Source: Macrostomum lignano (taxonomy: Eukaryota). Taken from it: DNA of 64,000 nt. Positions 1 through 12,094 of the stretch are shown piece by piece. Position numbers and translations under genes: made by a program. The notes beneath the pieces are model-generated. The model was given only the letters and a program-made list of their open reading frames with translations, did no database searches and was not told the DNA's origin. Positions within the stretch are counted from its first letter, which is position 1. Each line of letters starts with the position of its first letter. The stretch lies in contig NIVC01001154.1 in the NCBI GenBank assembly GCA_002269645.1, positions 124,001-188,000 of the forward strand. Direction: 5' to 3'.

Positions 1-445
1 GCTTAGTTGTCGTCTGCACAGAGAGTATGGGATCAGCCCTACAACAAAAATCTGGCTTCGCCTGTCTGTCGGTCTTAAAAAAAAATTTAGCTTGATACTC
101 GTAAACTATTAATCAAACGTAAATCTGCATCATTTAAGATCTGTTATTAAATACAACAATAGATTAAAGGAATCCACAATTTGTTTGTGCTCGTAATCTA
201 GTCTGTGACGAGTTTTCAAAAATAAATCAGATAAGTCAAAGGCAAACAAAAACATTTCCAAGAGAGCACATTTCACTTGCTCAGATTAGAATTTGCTGCA
301 ACTCGCTATATTTTCGATCGTATTAGGTTTCAAAAAAACTAAGCAATCCACCTTGTTAACAAACCAGGCTAGGAAACACATAATCAACAACTACCATGAA
401 CTTGCTATTGAAGACGTCAAGTTCTCTCTCTCTCTCTCAATTAAT

Positions 446-1003
446 TCATTCGCCGCGCAGCTTAGCCTTCTTCAGCTTCTTCTTGCTTTCTTTCTTCTTC
501 GCGGACGTCTCCTCTGTGTCGGCGGCGCGGGCGACCACCTGCTCCTTCTCGTTCAAGATGACCTCAACGTGGCATGGCGAGGACATGTAGGGCCCGATGC
601 GGCCGTGGGCTCGGTAGGTCCTGCGACGCATTTTGGGCGCCCGGTTGACCTGGATGTGATCAATAACCAAATGATCGGCGTCGAGGCCTTTAAACTCGGC
701 GTTGCTTTCGCAATTCTTCAACAATTGTAGAAGAAATTCGCAGGACTTTTTCGGCCAACGACCGGTGGCTGTGCCCCAGACCTTGGACTGCGCGTGCCGG
801 CCAGTGCCGCCCATGAACCGCCTGAAGGGGACAATCTCCTTCTTGGAGATGACGTTCTTTAAAAATCGCTGCGCCCGTTTTAGCGCCATGCCGCGCACAG
901 CGCCGGCGGTTTCGCGGGTATTTTTAAAGTGCACGCGCAAGTAAGAGCCGCGCGCCTTGGCGCATTTTGCGGCGCTCTCTGGCTTAACGCTGTACCGGCC
1001 CAT
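446..1003 (-). CDS. RPL17: 60S ribosomal protein L17 (uL22), uninterrupted 185-aa CDS
   Basis: MGRYS...[18 protein letters not shown]...[70 protein letters not shown] is the recognisable eukaryotic L17 sequence; lysine-rich C-terminus; no stops or frameshifts. Confidence 0.97.
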   Translation of the reverse strand: MGRYSVKPESAAKCAKARGSYLRVHFKNTRETAGAVRGMALKRAQRFLKNVISKKEIVPFRRFMGGTGRHAQSKVWGTATGRWPKKSCEFLLQLLKNCESNAEFKGLDADHLVIDHIQVNRAPKMRRRTYRAHGRIGPYMSSPCHVEVILNEKEQVVARAADTEETSAKKKESKKKLKKAKLRGE

Positions 1004-1650
1004 CGTTCAGAAAGGTCACTGAAGTTGGAGGTATGCAGGCTTACATGGGAGATGGCATGAATTAAAAATGGGGCATAATGCCTTTAAACTGAATATGCGC
1101 AGATAGGAACACGTAAATAATCTAGATGAGTTAAAGATACATTGTGAAGAATTAACAAAAGAGCTTAACAGATTTTTAGGCTTTAGCTAACTACCAACTA
1201 TAAATTGATGTTTTTACTATAGATAAGAGAAAGCAATTTTTAAAGAGAAGCATCAATATAGCTGCTACCATAATCTGAGACAAATTGAAGGACTTTTTTA
1301 TGCTTAATAAAAAATTTCAAGACAGTTGTGTGTGGTTGGAGAAAATGACAAATATTATGACAAATTTGACAAAATTTCCTATTTTTTAGTAAGTGTCTGG
1401 ATTTGTTTTTTTGCTTTGATTTGACTGTGACCTAGACAAATTATTGTAGGACAAATTAACTCCTATCAGGTTTTTAAGTGGTTGAAATGGTCAAATATTT
1501 TTTTCTAGAAACTGTTTGCTTTATTAGACTAGTGACAAAAATATTTTTTTAAACTGCATGAGAAAAGTCTTATACTTTAGGAAGATAAAATTAATGATAA
1601 CAAATTATAACATTATTTTATCTGCGGGACACATTATATGTTTACATGTA

Positions 1651-2269
1651 CAAAGGGCTGTCCCAGAAATAGTGGGAAAAACCAGTACAGAGGCTGACTG
1701 TGATATTTAAATTTGATGCAACTTGTTTCATAAGTAGAAAAAATCCAACAGTTGTTTTGCTTTTTAAATGGGGTAAAAATGTCAGTTTATTTAAAAGTTA
1801 TGCCTATAATTAGAACAAGGGGTAGGGGGTAGAGTTACACCAAGTCGAGCCTACTATGCTGGCCATAGATTAAACTTTTGATGTTTAGTCAGAGCCATCA
1901 AAAGCAAACAAAGAAGCTGAAGAGAAACAAAAGAGCACATAAGCTCTCAAAAAAGCAGAAGCTAATCTGAAGTAGAAGCAGAAGCAGAACAGCTGCAGGC
2001 TGAGGGATGACTTTGTCAAAAAGTCATTAGTCAAGGGCAATGGCAATGCTGCGTGACTGACTTTGCAGACCCCTCAACTTGGTGTAACTTTACCCCCTAC
2101 CCCTTGTTCTAATTATAGGCATAATTTTTGAATGAATTGACATTTTTACTCCATTTAAAAAGCAAAACAACAGTTGGATTTTTTCTACTTATGACACAAG
2201 TTGCATCAAATTTGAATATCACAGTTAGCCTCTATACTAGTTTTCCCACTATTTCTGGGACAACCCTTG
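1651..2269. mobile_element. Non-autonomous TIR element (MITE), Tc1/mariner-like ends
   Basis: ~1651-1850 is the imperfect reverse complement of ~2075-2269 (CAAAGGGCTGTCCCAGAAATAGTGGGAAAA... / ...TTTTCCCACTATTTCTGGGACAACCCTTG); TA on both flanks (1649-50, 2270-71); no ORF. Confidence 0.8.
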
Positions 2270-5200
2270 TACATCTAGTGCAAAATTATCTTTAAGAATG
2301 TGAGATTGTTATAAGAAAAGGTAACTTTGTGGTATACCATACAATCTTATTACATTTATTTGTTATTGGCCAAGTCAAAAGTTAACAGCTTTCTAGTAAT
2401 CAATTTTTTCAATCAAAACTTTACATAGTGTGTTGGCCAGTTTGATTTTAGAGGTTGCAATTTTAGAAGCTAGCTATCATTCACTGGTAGTGAATCAGCA
2501 ATGCAAAAAGGTATAAAACAATAGCAATGCAGACTGGCAACATATATATATATATATAAAGAGGAACAAAGACTATGGCCAAAGGCCCCAAGAGTTGAGA
2601 AGAGCAGCTTATAGAGTGCTAAAGCAAATTTTAGATATATAGTTTTTAAAATTTAGAAAGAAGAGAATGGTGAAGTATTAGGTAATAGACTAATAGTAGT
2701 GCACTGAGACAACATGACACCAGTATTGAATTCAGTGAAAGAATGAATAGATAAAGGAAGCCAGGTGCTTGCCCAGTATGCCAACTGCAAAGCTTAAAGG
2801 CACGGGAGGCCAAGGGACAAAGGCAATTTGCAAGGGAAGCCAGCCTAGGAAGAAGACAAAAATTAGATCAACTAAGAAGATCAATAAACAAGAAGTAGAG
2901 TCATCATTATCAGATGATGAAGGCTAAATTAATTGGCAAGGCAAGTTCTAGGATGGAAATAATTTAATGAGAAAGTGATTTAGAGGTAGGCACAGAAGTA
3001 GAAATTAGAAAGGAAGGAAGCAAAGAAGAGAATACCAAGTATAAGAGCTTGGAAAAAGAGATTGAAGAAAGTGGAAAGGGAGAGGAATCAGAGCTTGAGC
3101 ATGAAAGAGAAAGAAAGTGAGGAAATGAGAAAGCAATAAGCAAAATAAGGAATAGGATGACATAATACTAGCTAAAAGGTATAACATGTGCAATCAGACC
3201 AAGCCCCCAAATAGCTTATAGATGCCAATGCTATCTGAAAAGGCTAGTCTCTATATAGAATCTATTATATAGAAGAACTAAAGTACTAAGTAAGGGAATT
3301 TGATAGCAAAGGTAAGGGACAAAACCAAAGCAAACAAGTTGGGACTTCATTGGATGAGAAAAAGATGAGTAGTAGGCACTTCAGTGAGAAAATTAAATTT
3401 CAGAAATTGTTATAGGCTGCTATTTCACTAGATAGATCTTACTTTCCCATTTCCAAAATGGCCAAACTTTAGTGATTTGGTTGAGTAATAAGGAAACTAC
3501 AGCTATTTTAGTAACCCCGATTTGTGCCTTTAGCCAATGGAATTTTTACATTACGGTTTGTGATCATTTTTGGCCAAAAAGTTGGCTTTTTGTCTTTGAA
3601 CACTTGTAATTAATTTTCTAGCCAACCAAAATGACTGTGCTTGGTGTCATTTTGTTCAGTTTTTTAGTGTTAATTGTATGAATTATATATTTTAATATTA
3701 TTTTATATGCCCAAGTTGCTAAGCTAATTGAAACAGGATGGGTGTATGAAATTTTGACTATTTTAACCAGATACGCAATGATTGCAATTTTAAAAATACA
3801 ATAGCATCTGTTCTGCTTGCTTAATTTATACAAGGCTAGTGTCATTTTGTTCAGGTTTTTACCTACTATAATACTATTCTACTTCTTGCCCTAAATTTTT
3901 AATGCATGACAGACACCCCAACTGCAATGTAATGTGCTGTACAGGCTTTGCGCATGGGTTTATTAAAAAACGGTTTTGCCTATCGTGTTCAGCATAGCAG
4001 AATTAGTTAAATGACACAGAGAACTAGTTTGCCGGAAGGCAGAGTCTCACAAAAAACACGAAATACACGTTTCAATGGGTATTTTACATGTAAACGTATC
4101 AAAAAAAGAAACCTCCACAAAATTTTTGCGCCTATAGCTATTGGCAAGCGGTTTTTTTTACTGTGCTTGTATTGTCAATAGGTAATGAAAAATATAAAGA
4201 GAAACAATGCAGGAAAAGGATTTCATGGAAAATTTTGGATTTGAAATTTTGCATAGAGCCATATGGGCATTAAAAGAAAAAAATTTTTTTTTTTAACACC
4301 AGAAAAATGTTTCTAAATTATCCCTTTACACTATAAAACCTTTGTTTCCATTATAAGAAACACATTGCAGCTAAGAAAAAGCATTTTCTGAACCACTGTT
4401 TTTTTATTCATTTTGGCTTCAATTTTATATTCCTCCTAAAAAATGGTCAACTTTAAAAATAGACAGTGCAAAAAGTATAACAAAGCTAGACTTGCAGTTG
4501 GTGTCATTTGAAAGAGCTCCTTTTTACCTTTTAAATGAATATTTTACTTTCATCCTGGCTTCTATAGTTTCTTTAAAATCGCCCTTGAAAAATTGGACTT
4601 TTTTCTTACTTTTTTGCCATTGGCACGCACTTCTTATAACTCACTGAAGTCCCTATGAGTAGACTAGCCAATTAGATTTTAGCTATTAAAGAAAGGCTAG
4701 GAATGGTCAACAGGGAGATTGAGGCTAATAGCCAATGGAAATTGATTTGGTTTCCCACTCTAAATTATTTAAACCCTGGACCAATAGGCCACCTACAACA
4801 CGTTGGCCAACCATCTGATGGTCAACCATTCGCCGAGCTTTCCCCCATCAGCACTTTGGCAATATCCTCTAGGCTCTACTGGATAACACACTACTACCCT
4901 ATGTAGAACTCTTTTAACTCTTGCGAGAACTCTGTGAGCTTGTCGGACTCTGAATGTTCAGAAAGGGGTTTAAATAATTTTAGAGCAGGAAACTGAAGGA
5001 TTGCCCAAAATATGGACATATGGACGAAATGCCAAAACACCTGTATGCACAAGGCAAATAAGGCCATACTTCTGAAATAAGTACGGAAGTAATAATGATT
5101 TTAAATCTTTGCTTAATAAACTTAATAAGCTTAATAAAGTGTTTTTACTTTCATTGTTAATATGTTAAAGTTAAACACTACAGTTTAATACTCAAAAATT

Positions 5201-7622
5201 TAATTATGTTTAAGTTTATATTGCTTTTTAAATTTTTATAGTTACCACGTTAAATTAACTATAAATATATAATAAACCTAATCCTAACTAATCCTTAATT
5301 AAATATTAATACTAATTTTTTCTTGAACGGGAGGTGTGAACATGCTGCCGAGTGTGACGACGCATCACAGACGGAATGAACGATAAATAATTCAAAATAT
5401 CTTTTGTTGTGAATTAAATTTAGATTTTCTGGCTACATGTGTGTAAAGAAAAAAGTTTTTTGTATTTTTTTATTATCTTTAAGTTAATTTTTAGAGTTTT
5501 AACTTCTTATAACGTTTTTTACTTTGTTAAACAGGACCATGCTACATATAATGTTTTAAAAAGCGAATATTTCCTATCTTGAGTCTATAAACCCATCTTC
5601 TTCAACTGCACAACTCTGAATTCCGTACGCATGGTCGTATGTATATGATCAGTCAGATGTATGCATCAGCATGATCGGAGCAGCAATTCTAATTTTTGTA
5701 AATTTAATTACATACGACGTATGTGCGCACTAAAAATAACACTTTGCAAAATTACTCTGCATTCTCCTTAACGACGAAATAACTTGGTTTGCTTTTTAAT
5801 TGTTAATGATTTTTTGAACCTCTGCAGTTTACTAGGCTAGGCCTACTGTTACACTTTATAGTTTATTCGTGTCCAATGCCTTTTGATTTAAATGATAGGC
5901 TAGAGTCTAGACTAGGGCCTAGGTCTAAAAGTTGCATTTTTTATGAAGATAAAGGCCTAGGCCTGGGTTGATCATATCAACTGTGCAAAAACACTTTTTG
6001 GACTAATAAATGTGCATAGGCCTATGCACTCTGCATTAGGAAAGAATTTTACTTTTGAACCAAAATTTAATCATTTTAAATGAATACTTAATAATTTGCC
6101 AAAAAACTTTTTCAAAAAGTCAATGTTTTAAAAGACATGTTTTAAATCTAACATTTACAATTTTATTTCTTTATGTATTTTATTTTATTTATTTCTTTGT
6201 TCATTTTTTGGCAAAACAACTTTTGGTAAAACAACCTGCTTTTGGCAAATTGACTTTTGGCAAATCAACTTTTGTCAAATTGACTTGTTACCTTTTGTTT
6301 TAAATGAGCACTAGCGCCTATATAAGCTAAATTTAGTAAAAAAATTTTATTTAGGCCCCTATTGTTAGTGTAGTGATAATAAATTTTAAAATATATTAAA
6401 GGCAAAAAAATATTTTAAATAAAAAAATGTTTCATTTTTGTATGAAATTAACTTAAAAAAGTTATAAATTTTTTTAATCATAATCTAATAAGGGGGCCTA
6501 TGTTTTCTACAATGTTTAGGCCTACCTTGAATCCATAGTTTAGATTATATATTAGTATATACCAGGTTTAATATTGGAAAAATTACAAGACCTTATTTGT
6601 ATGCAAGGTTATATGCCAATGCAAAAAAATTGCCATTGACACGATGTATCTGCTGTGTTATGTACATTGGGATATGCTTGCTATATGCTAAAAAATAGTA
6701 AGTACCTTTATTGTATACAGGGAAATCCTGGCATATATGTCACCTTCTAAACTATGGCCTTGAATCAATAACCACCATATTCTAAATGATGCAAAGTGTA
6801 TAGCCAAACAAAAATTGAATAATTACAAATGTATACCAATAACAATGTATGCCAAAAAGTTTTGATTAAGTGCACATCAGCTAAAAAATAAAAATGATAT
6901 TTTTTAATTTAAATTCAAATTAAAATGCCTTAAAAGCTATATATGTCTCTGTATATATCTCTTTGTAGATATCTCTGAAACTAACTTTAGAATTATAAAG
7001 TTTTATAGTTTACAACTTATTTTCTTTGGCTATAAGCTATATTGGCTATAAGAATAAATAAACATTTGTTAAAAATATATTTAGAAAGTATAGGGTAAAA
7101 AATAGATGAAACAAACTTGGGTAGAAAGCAAAGTTAATGTATATTGATTGATATGATTATACTAAATAATAAGATTATACACCATTGTTTCCTTTATTAC
7201 TACTCAATTCAACAAGATTGTTGCTAAATTTACTCTTTTGCTAAATGTGTCCATTGTAAATCTCTATTGCCAAATTGGTTAGTATTTAAACCTATAGGTG
7301 TAGATTATTTTGTATTTTGTCATTTTGTAAGCAAAAGAAAGACTATGATAGGTACAAACAAAATATATTGAGAAATCATAGTTAAAATTGAAAAAGGCAT
7401 AACATTGGCTCTTCAAATGATGTTTCACTAAGTATAAGGAAACTAGGCCTAAGCTAAGCCCTATTAAAATAGTTTTTATGTAACCAATTATGCATATTTA
7501 AATCAATCTTTTAAGTACTAGTTAATAAATATTAAGTTTGTCAACTAGCAGTTAACTTGATAAGAGACAAAATGACTATATAAATAGACCTACTATTGAC
7601 CTCTAACTGTTTTTCTATAGGC

Positions 7623-7922
7623 ATCATACATGCGCAACAGTCGGCCGAGTCGGCCGATCCGGCCGACTGATTTGGCAGCCAACCAAGGAAGTTGCAAAAA
7701 TGCCCACCCAAAAATACCCACGCAGTAGTACTAAGTAGCTGACGAGGCATTTTTGCCTGATAAGACAGTCATAGTTACTCCCGCCGTTTACCCAAAGTTG
7801 CGTTAATTTTGCTTTAGGGTTTTTTTACATGTAAGTCGCATTTTTGGCCAAAAACTACGTCGCATTTTTGTTAAAACTAAGTCGCACGGCCGACCGAATT
7901 TTGGACGTTGCGCATGTATGAT
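7623..7922. mobile_element. Small inverted-repeat element (possible MITE)
   Basis: ATCATACATGCGCAAC at 7623 and its exact reverse complement GTTGCGCATGTATGAT ending at 7922; GC-richer interior with CGGCCGA repeats in AT-rich surroundings; no clear TSD. Confidence 0.5.
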
Positions 7923-9053
7923 AGGCATTTTGCCTTTGGACCATTCAATCCTTCAAACCATTCAAACCTTCCATCCTTTGCAATCAAATTTGTTTAATGA
8001 AAACTTTATCCACATTAACTGCTAAACCCAAGGTAGAAAATATTAAAATAGGCTTAATAGAATAAATGATAGAAGCAAAAGTAATATGGAGATATACATA
8101 ATAAAAAAGTGTATACCATATTTAAGGTAGCAAGTGTATATTAGAATACAATTTTGGCAATGGCCTATCCTTTTTTTGCTATAAACATTAAGTCTTGTCA
8201 AGCCATTTTTACTTAAATTAGACTGTTATCGATTTAAAACATTCCTTATAAGGCATCTATAACTGTTTTTGCAATTGCACTACTAGCCAACCCAGCTGAT
8301 TTGGCTGATATAAACTATAAGGTTAAGTTATAAAATTGATAATCAAAAGTGTAAAAGAAGACTAGCATAGAAAGATAAAAAAAAATTAAAAAGGTACTAC
8401 AAAAAAGCAAAACAAAAACAGGTAAATAGCACAAATTAAAAAGAGTAAACAAAAAAAGCAGACTAGGTTGCAAAAAGATTAGGAAGTCACAAAAAGGATT
8501 AAGGATCAATGTGTTGAAAAACTAGGTTGCATTTTTTAGAATTTCAATTAAAACTATGACAAAGTTAGTATCTATATATTAATATATTAATGTTTGTATT
8601 AAACTTATTATCTATTCAATTTTTATGTAATAAAAGACTTGATAATAATATTATTAGAGACATAAGACTTAAATTTTTAGTTTAGTTCCACATCTATATA
8701 CTAAAAATGGTCTTTTTGATCTAATTTTCAGGTTGCAATTAAAATGTTGAATGTTTATTTGGATAAAAACTTGTCAATATGGTATAAGTTATGCCATTAA
8801 TAAGTTTAGGCTCATATTTTAGTGGAGTTGATTAAATGATTAGTTCTTTTGTTCTAGTGTTTATTTTTTGTTTAAATCAACCAAATAAAATTCTTAGTAT
8901 ACATTTCAAGCATTTAATTGAATGAATCGCTTTGTTTTACTATATTTAATTTAGAAAAATGAAAAATAATCTTTCAAAAACTACAAGGTATTTGTTGCAT
9001 ATGAAGCAGTTTGAGTAAGATTTTGTTAACTTATTTCTAACCCTATTTGCTGC

Positions 9054-9992
9054 ATGGCTTCCGGAGTGAAAGTTCAGCAGGAGGTGCTTGACACCTTCCA
9101 GGAGATCAAGACCAACCACTGCTACAGGTATCTGCTGTTTGGCTTTGTCAATAATGACAAGGAGATTGGCGTTTTGAAAAAGGCCCCAGCTGACGCCACC
9201 TACAATGAATTCATAGAAGATCTGAAGGACTCGGTGAACAGGAAAGTTGGCTGCTATGCCGTTTATGACTTGGTCTTCGAATTTGAAGAGTCCAAGCAAA
9301 AGCGCAGCCGGCTCGTTTTTGTGTCTTGGTTAGTTGTTTTGCCTTTTTAACTGTGTGTTGATGGGATCCCCAATGATAGGCATCAGTTGTTGGGATTCCC
9401 CAATAATAGGCATCAGTTGTTGGGATTCCTAATGATAGGCATCAGTTGGTGGGATCCCCAATGATAGGCATCAGTTGTTGAGATTCCCCAATAATAAGTA
9501 TCAGTTGTTGGGATTCCCCAATAATAGGCATCAGTTGTTAGGATTCCCAATGATAGGCATCAGTTGTTGGGATTCCCAATGATAGCCATCAGTTGTTAGG
9601 ATTCCCAATGATAGGCATCAGTTGTTGGGATTCCCCAATGATAGGCATCAGTTGGTGGGATCCCCATTGATAGGCATCAGTTGGTGGGATCCACAATGAT
9701 CTGAGATTTCTAGTGAGGGAAAACTCTCGACCGAAGTCTAACCCGCTTGAACCCAATATTTGGGATCTTTCTTCTAGAATCTAAAAATACAATGCATTAA
9801 TTGATTTCCACTGTGTCCAGGGGTCCCGACGGCATCCCAATCAGACAGAAGATGCTGATCGCCTCGTCCAAGGTTGAGTTGAAGAACAAACTGCAGGGCA
9901 TCTTCAAGGAGCTGCAGGCTAGCGGCATCGATGAGGCTTCGGAGGAGTGCATGCTGGAGCTCTGCCGCCAGGGCGACCGTGGCGCCAACTGA
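9054..9992 (+). CDS. Cofilin/actin-depolymerising factor (ADF-H domain), 148 aa; exons 9054-9328 and 9821-9992
   Basis: MASGVKV...YRYLLF...GCYAVYD...RLVFVSW|GPDGIPIRQKMLIASSK...LQAS is the ADF-H pattern; a GT (9329)..AG (9820) phase-2 intron joins TG|G into Trp; the spliced length of 447 nt is a multiple of 3. Confidence 0.92.
9358..9700. repeat. Minisatellite, 29-30 bp unit (TGGGATTCCCCAATGATAGGCATCAGTTGT), ~11 copies, inside the cofilin intron
   Basis: Direct tandem copies visible. Confidence 0.95.
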
Positions 9993-11068
9993 GCGAGCAG
10001 CCTGTCAGCCGGTGGTTATTCATCATCAGTTTTTCTATTATATTATTAATAATGAATATTTTTTTTGACAACCAGTTCATTTGCACTCGACCGCCCGCAT
10101 TATTAAAAAACCCTATGCCTATCTTTATAACTGTCTTTAAATATATTATTAAGTAATATGTAGGCCTTGACTATTGGACTGAGTTACTTAAGTTTTCATT
10201 TTGTTATAATCAAGACAGCAGAAATATAATTGAAAAAAACATGATTCCATCAAGCTTGGCATGTGGCAGTCTTTGATGCAACTCCCAGTCTCTCTGTGTA
10301 TTCCGTAGAGCTTTTTGACAACTCTGTCAATAATTAACTTTTCCAAGAAGCCCGTCACATTTCCTGTGCTACATTAAATTCTTTGTTGTGTTGTCTCTTT
10401 ACATCCACGCCGTAGCTAATAGTTAGTGGGAGTCGGTTAGCCTGTCTGTTGTGTCTGCTATTGTTAAAGCGGAGCAGCCTTCCTATTTGACAATGTTAAA
10501 CGCATCGGTTTTCCTTTGCTTCTCATTATTCTGTTCTCTTTCTGAAGTTAAATAAACAAATGCAAATGCAAATTAAAATATTCTTCCCACCTATATTTAA
10601 CTGTCTAATCCGGTTTTTTCGTTTATTTGTTTCCCAGTTTATATTTAGCAAAATAGTTTTTCTGTCGGTTTTTATCCACCAGTCAGTAGTAAACAATTGA
10701 AAGGATGAATATAAACTGAACTAAATACACGAGAGCATCCAGTAAACTGTGTCCGCGTGCTGTGAGGAATGCCTTTGCCACAAAATAAAATAATAATAAA
10801 CATGTCGATATCGCCTTTGAAATCTCATTTTGCAATCGTTTTTTATCTACGAGTAATAATTGCTTTATTTAGGACAGCGCCACAATGTACAAAGCAAAAG
10901 TAATTGTAATTCATGCACATCGGCTGCAATACTATGCTAGATCCGGTACAATAGCTAGCGCATTGACAGCGAACTCGAATCAGGCGAAGTTAAGAGACAC
11001 TATCAACAACTAGCTAGCTTGCCTGTAAAACGAGCGGCACGAAAACTTCTACGCTCGTATATGGCTAG

Positions 11069-11641
11069 TGTAGTAGGGCATTATTTTAGGAACGGGAAAT
11101 TTTGTGGGTTTAAATATGCTTTTACCCTACTATCAGTAGTTTCAACCCGGGGAAATAATTAGAGCGGGGGTAAGTGGCTAAAATCGGGATTCCTTTAGAA
11201 CTACAGAGCAGTTGGGCTCTCGGGAAAGAAAACTCGGACCTTCGTTGGAGTGTCTTCTCCTGTTTAAACTTAGAGAGTTCACGAAGAAGTGGTAAGGAAA
11301 GGGAAATATAAGGGATAGGCTTGCACAGAGGAGTCTTGCCTCTAAAAACTGGGAGTCTTGCCCAAGCACTATAACGGGAATAAGAAAATAGGGAATTAAT
11401 GTAAAAGCAAAACTAACTTTTGTACCGTAATTCACTTTTCTATTATAAAGCTTTTTTTGTGTTAACTAAATCCAAATTGGTGTCCTGACTTGGTTCTTTA
11501 AGCCTAAAGCTAGAATTAAGGAACAGCAGGAACCTGGTGGCAGCGAACTACCAAACATTAAGCAGTACCACAGATAGCAATCCGCTCATAATCCTTAGCA
11601 ATAAGAACCAGTAGCTTAGCCGCGGTTACACGCCCATTCCA
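11069..11641 (+). repeat. 5' LTR of element A
   Basis: Starts TGTAGTAGGG, ends CCCATTCCA; near-identical to 30917-31489. Confidence 0.97.
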
Positions 11642-11643
11642 AT

Positions 11644-11653
11644 TGGTGGCAGC
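11644..11653 (+). promoter_or_regulatory. Primer-binding site of element A (TGGTGGCAGC; resembles the complement of a tRNA-Leu 3' end)
   Basis: TGG-initiated sequence 2 nt (AT) after the LTR end; the tRNA identity comes from remembered tRNA-Leu ends, not from this genome's tRNA set. Confidence 0.75.
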
Positions 11654-12094
11654 TTAGAGGATTAGAATACCCGAGAAGCGCATACATTAGACTGGAGCTT
11701 AGGATTAGTAAGGGATTAACGGATTAACTCCTATGTGCTGAAATTAGAACTAAAACTAACACAAAATTACTTATTAGGTTCTAAATTAGAGATTAATGTA
11801 CATAGTCAGTGGTCTAAGATCGTCTAATCTCAGATTAACGGATTAACGGATTAGGAACGGATTAACGCTCCTGAAAGGAATTTTAACTTAGTTTCTTCGC
11901 TAGAAGATTAGTAAAGTCTCAATTAAGACCAGAAGTAAGGCGGAAGTAATAAAATTAGAGTCACTGCTGTTTTATTAACTAAAGTCTTACCATTAGGCAA
12001 TTTAGCAGCTAAATTCGGAGTCTTGCCAATTTACTGACCAAAATTATTAAACCAGAAGCGTTAATTCTAAAATCCAACCTAAAATTAAACTAAT

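Noticed and set aside
293-944. Plus-strand ORFs of 145, 64 and 80 aa
   Set aside because: Antisense shadows of RPL17; no independent motifs.
2560-3400. Purine-rich stretch that looks vaguely coding
   Set aside because: Stops in all frames and no recognisable domain; probably decayed repeat.
4758-4985. ~20-bp inverted repeat pair (CTCTAAATTATTTAAACCC)
   Set aside because: Short and AT-rich, no TSD found; not enough to call an element.
5320-5400. GC-richer island that might be a small RNA or spliced-leader gene
   Set aside because: No Sm site, C/D or H/ACA boxes, or tRNA fold that I could support.
11178-11435. 85-aa antisense ORF in both LTRs of A (hydrophobic start)
   Set aside because: Duplicated only because it lies in the LTR; short, with no family motif.
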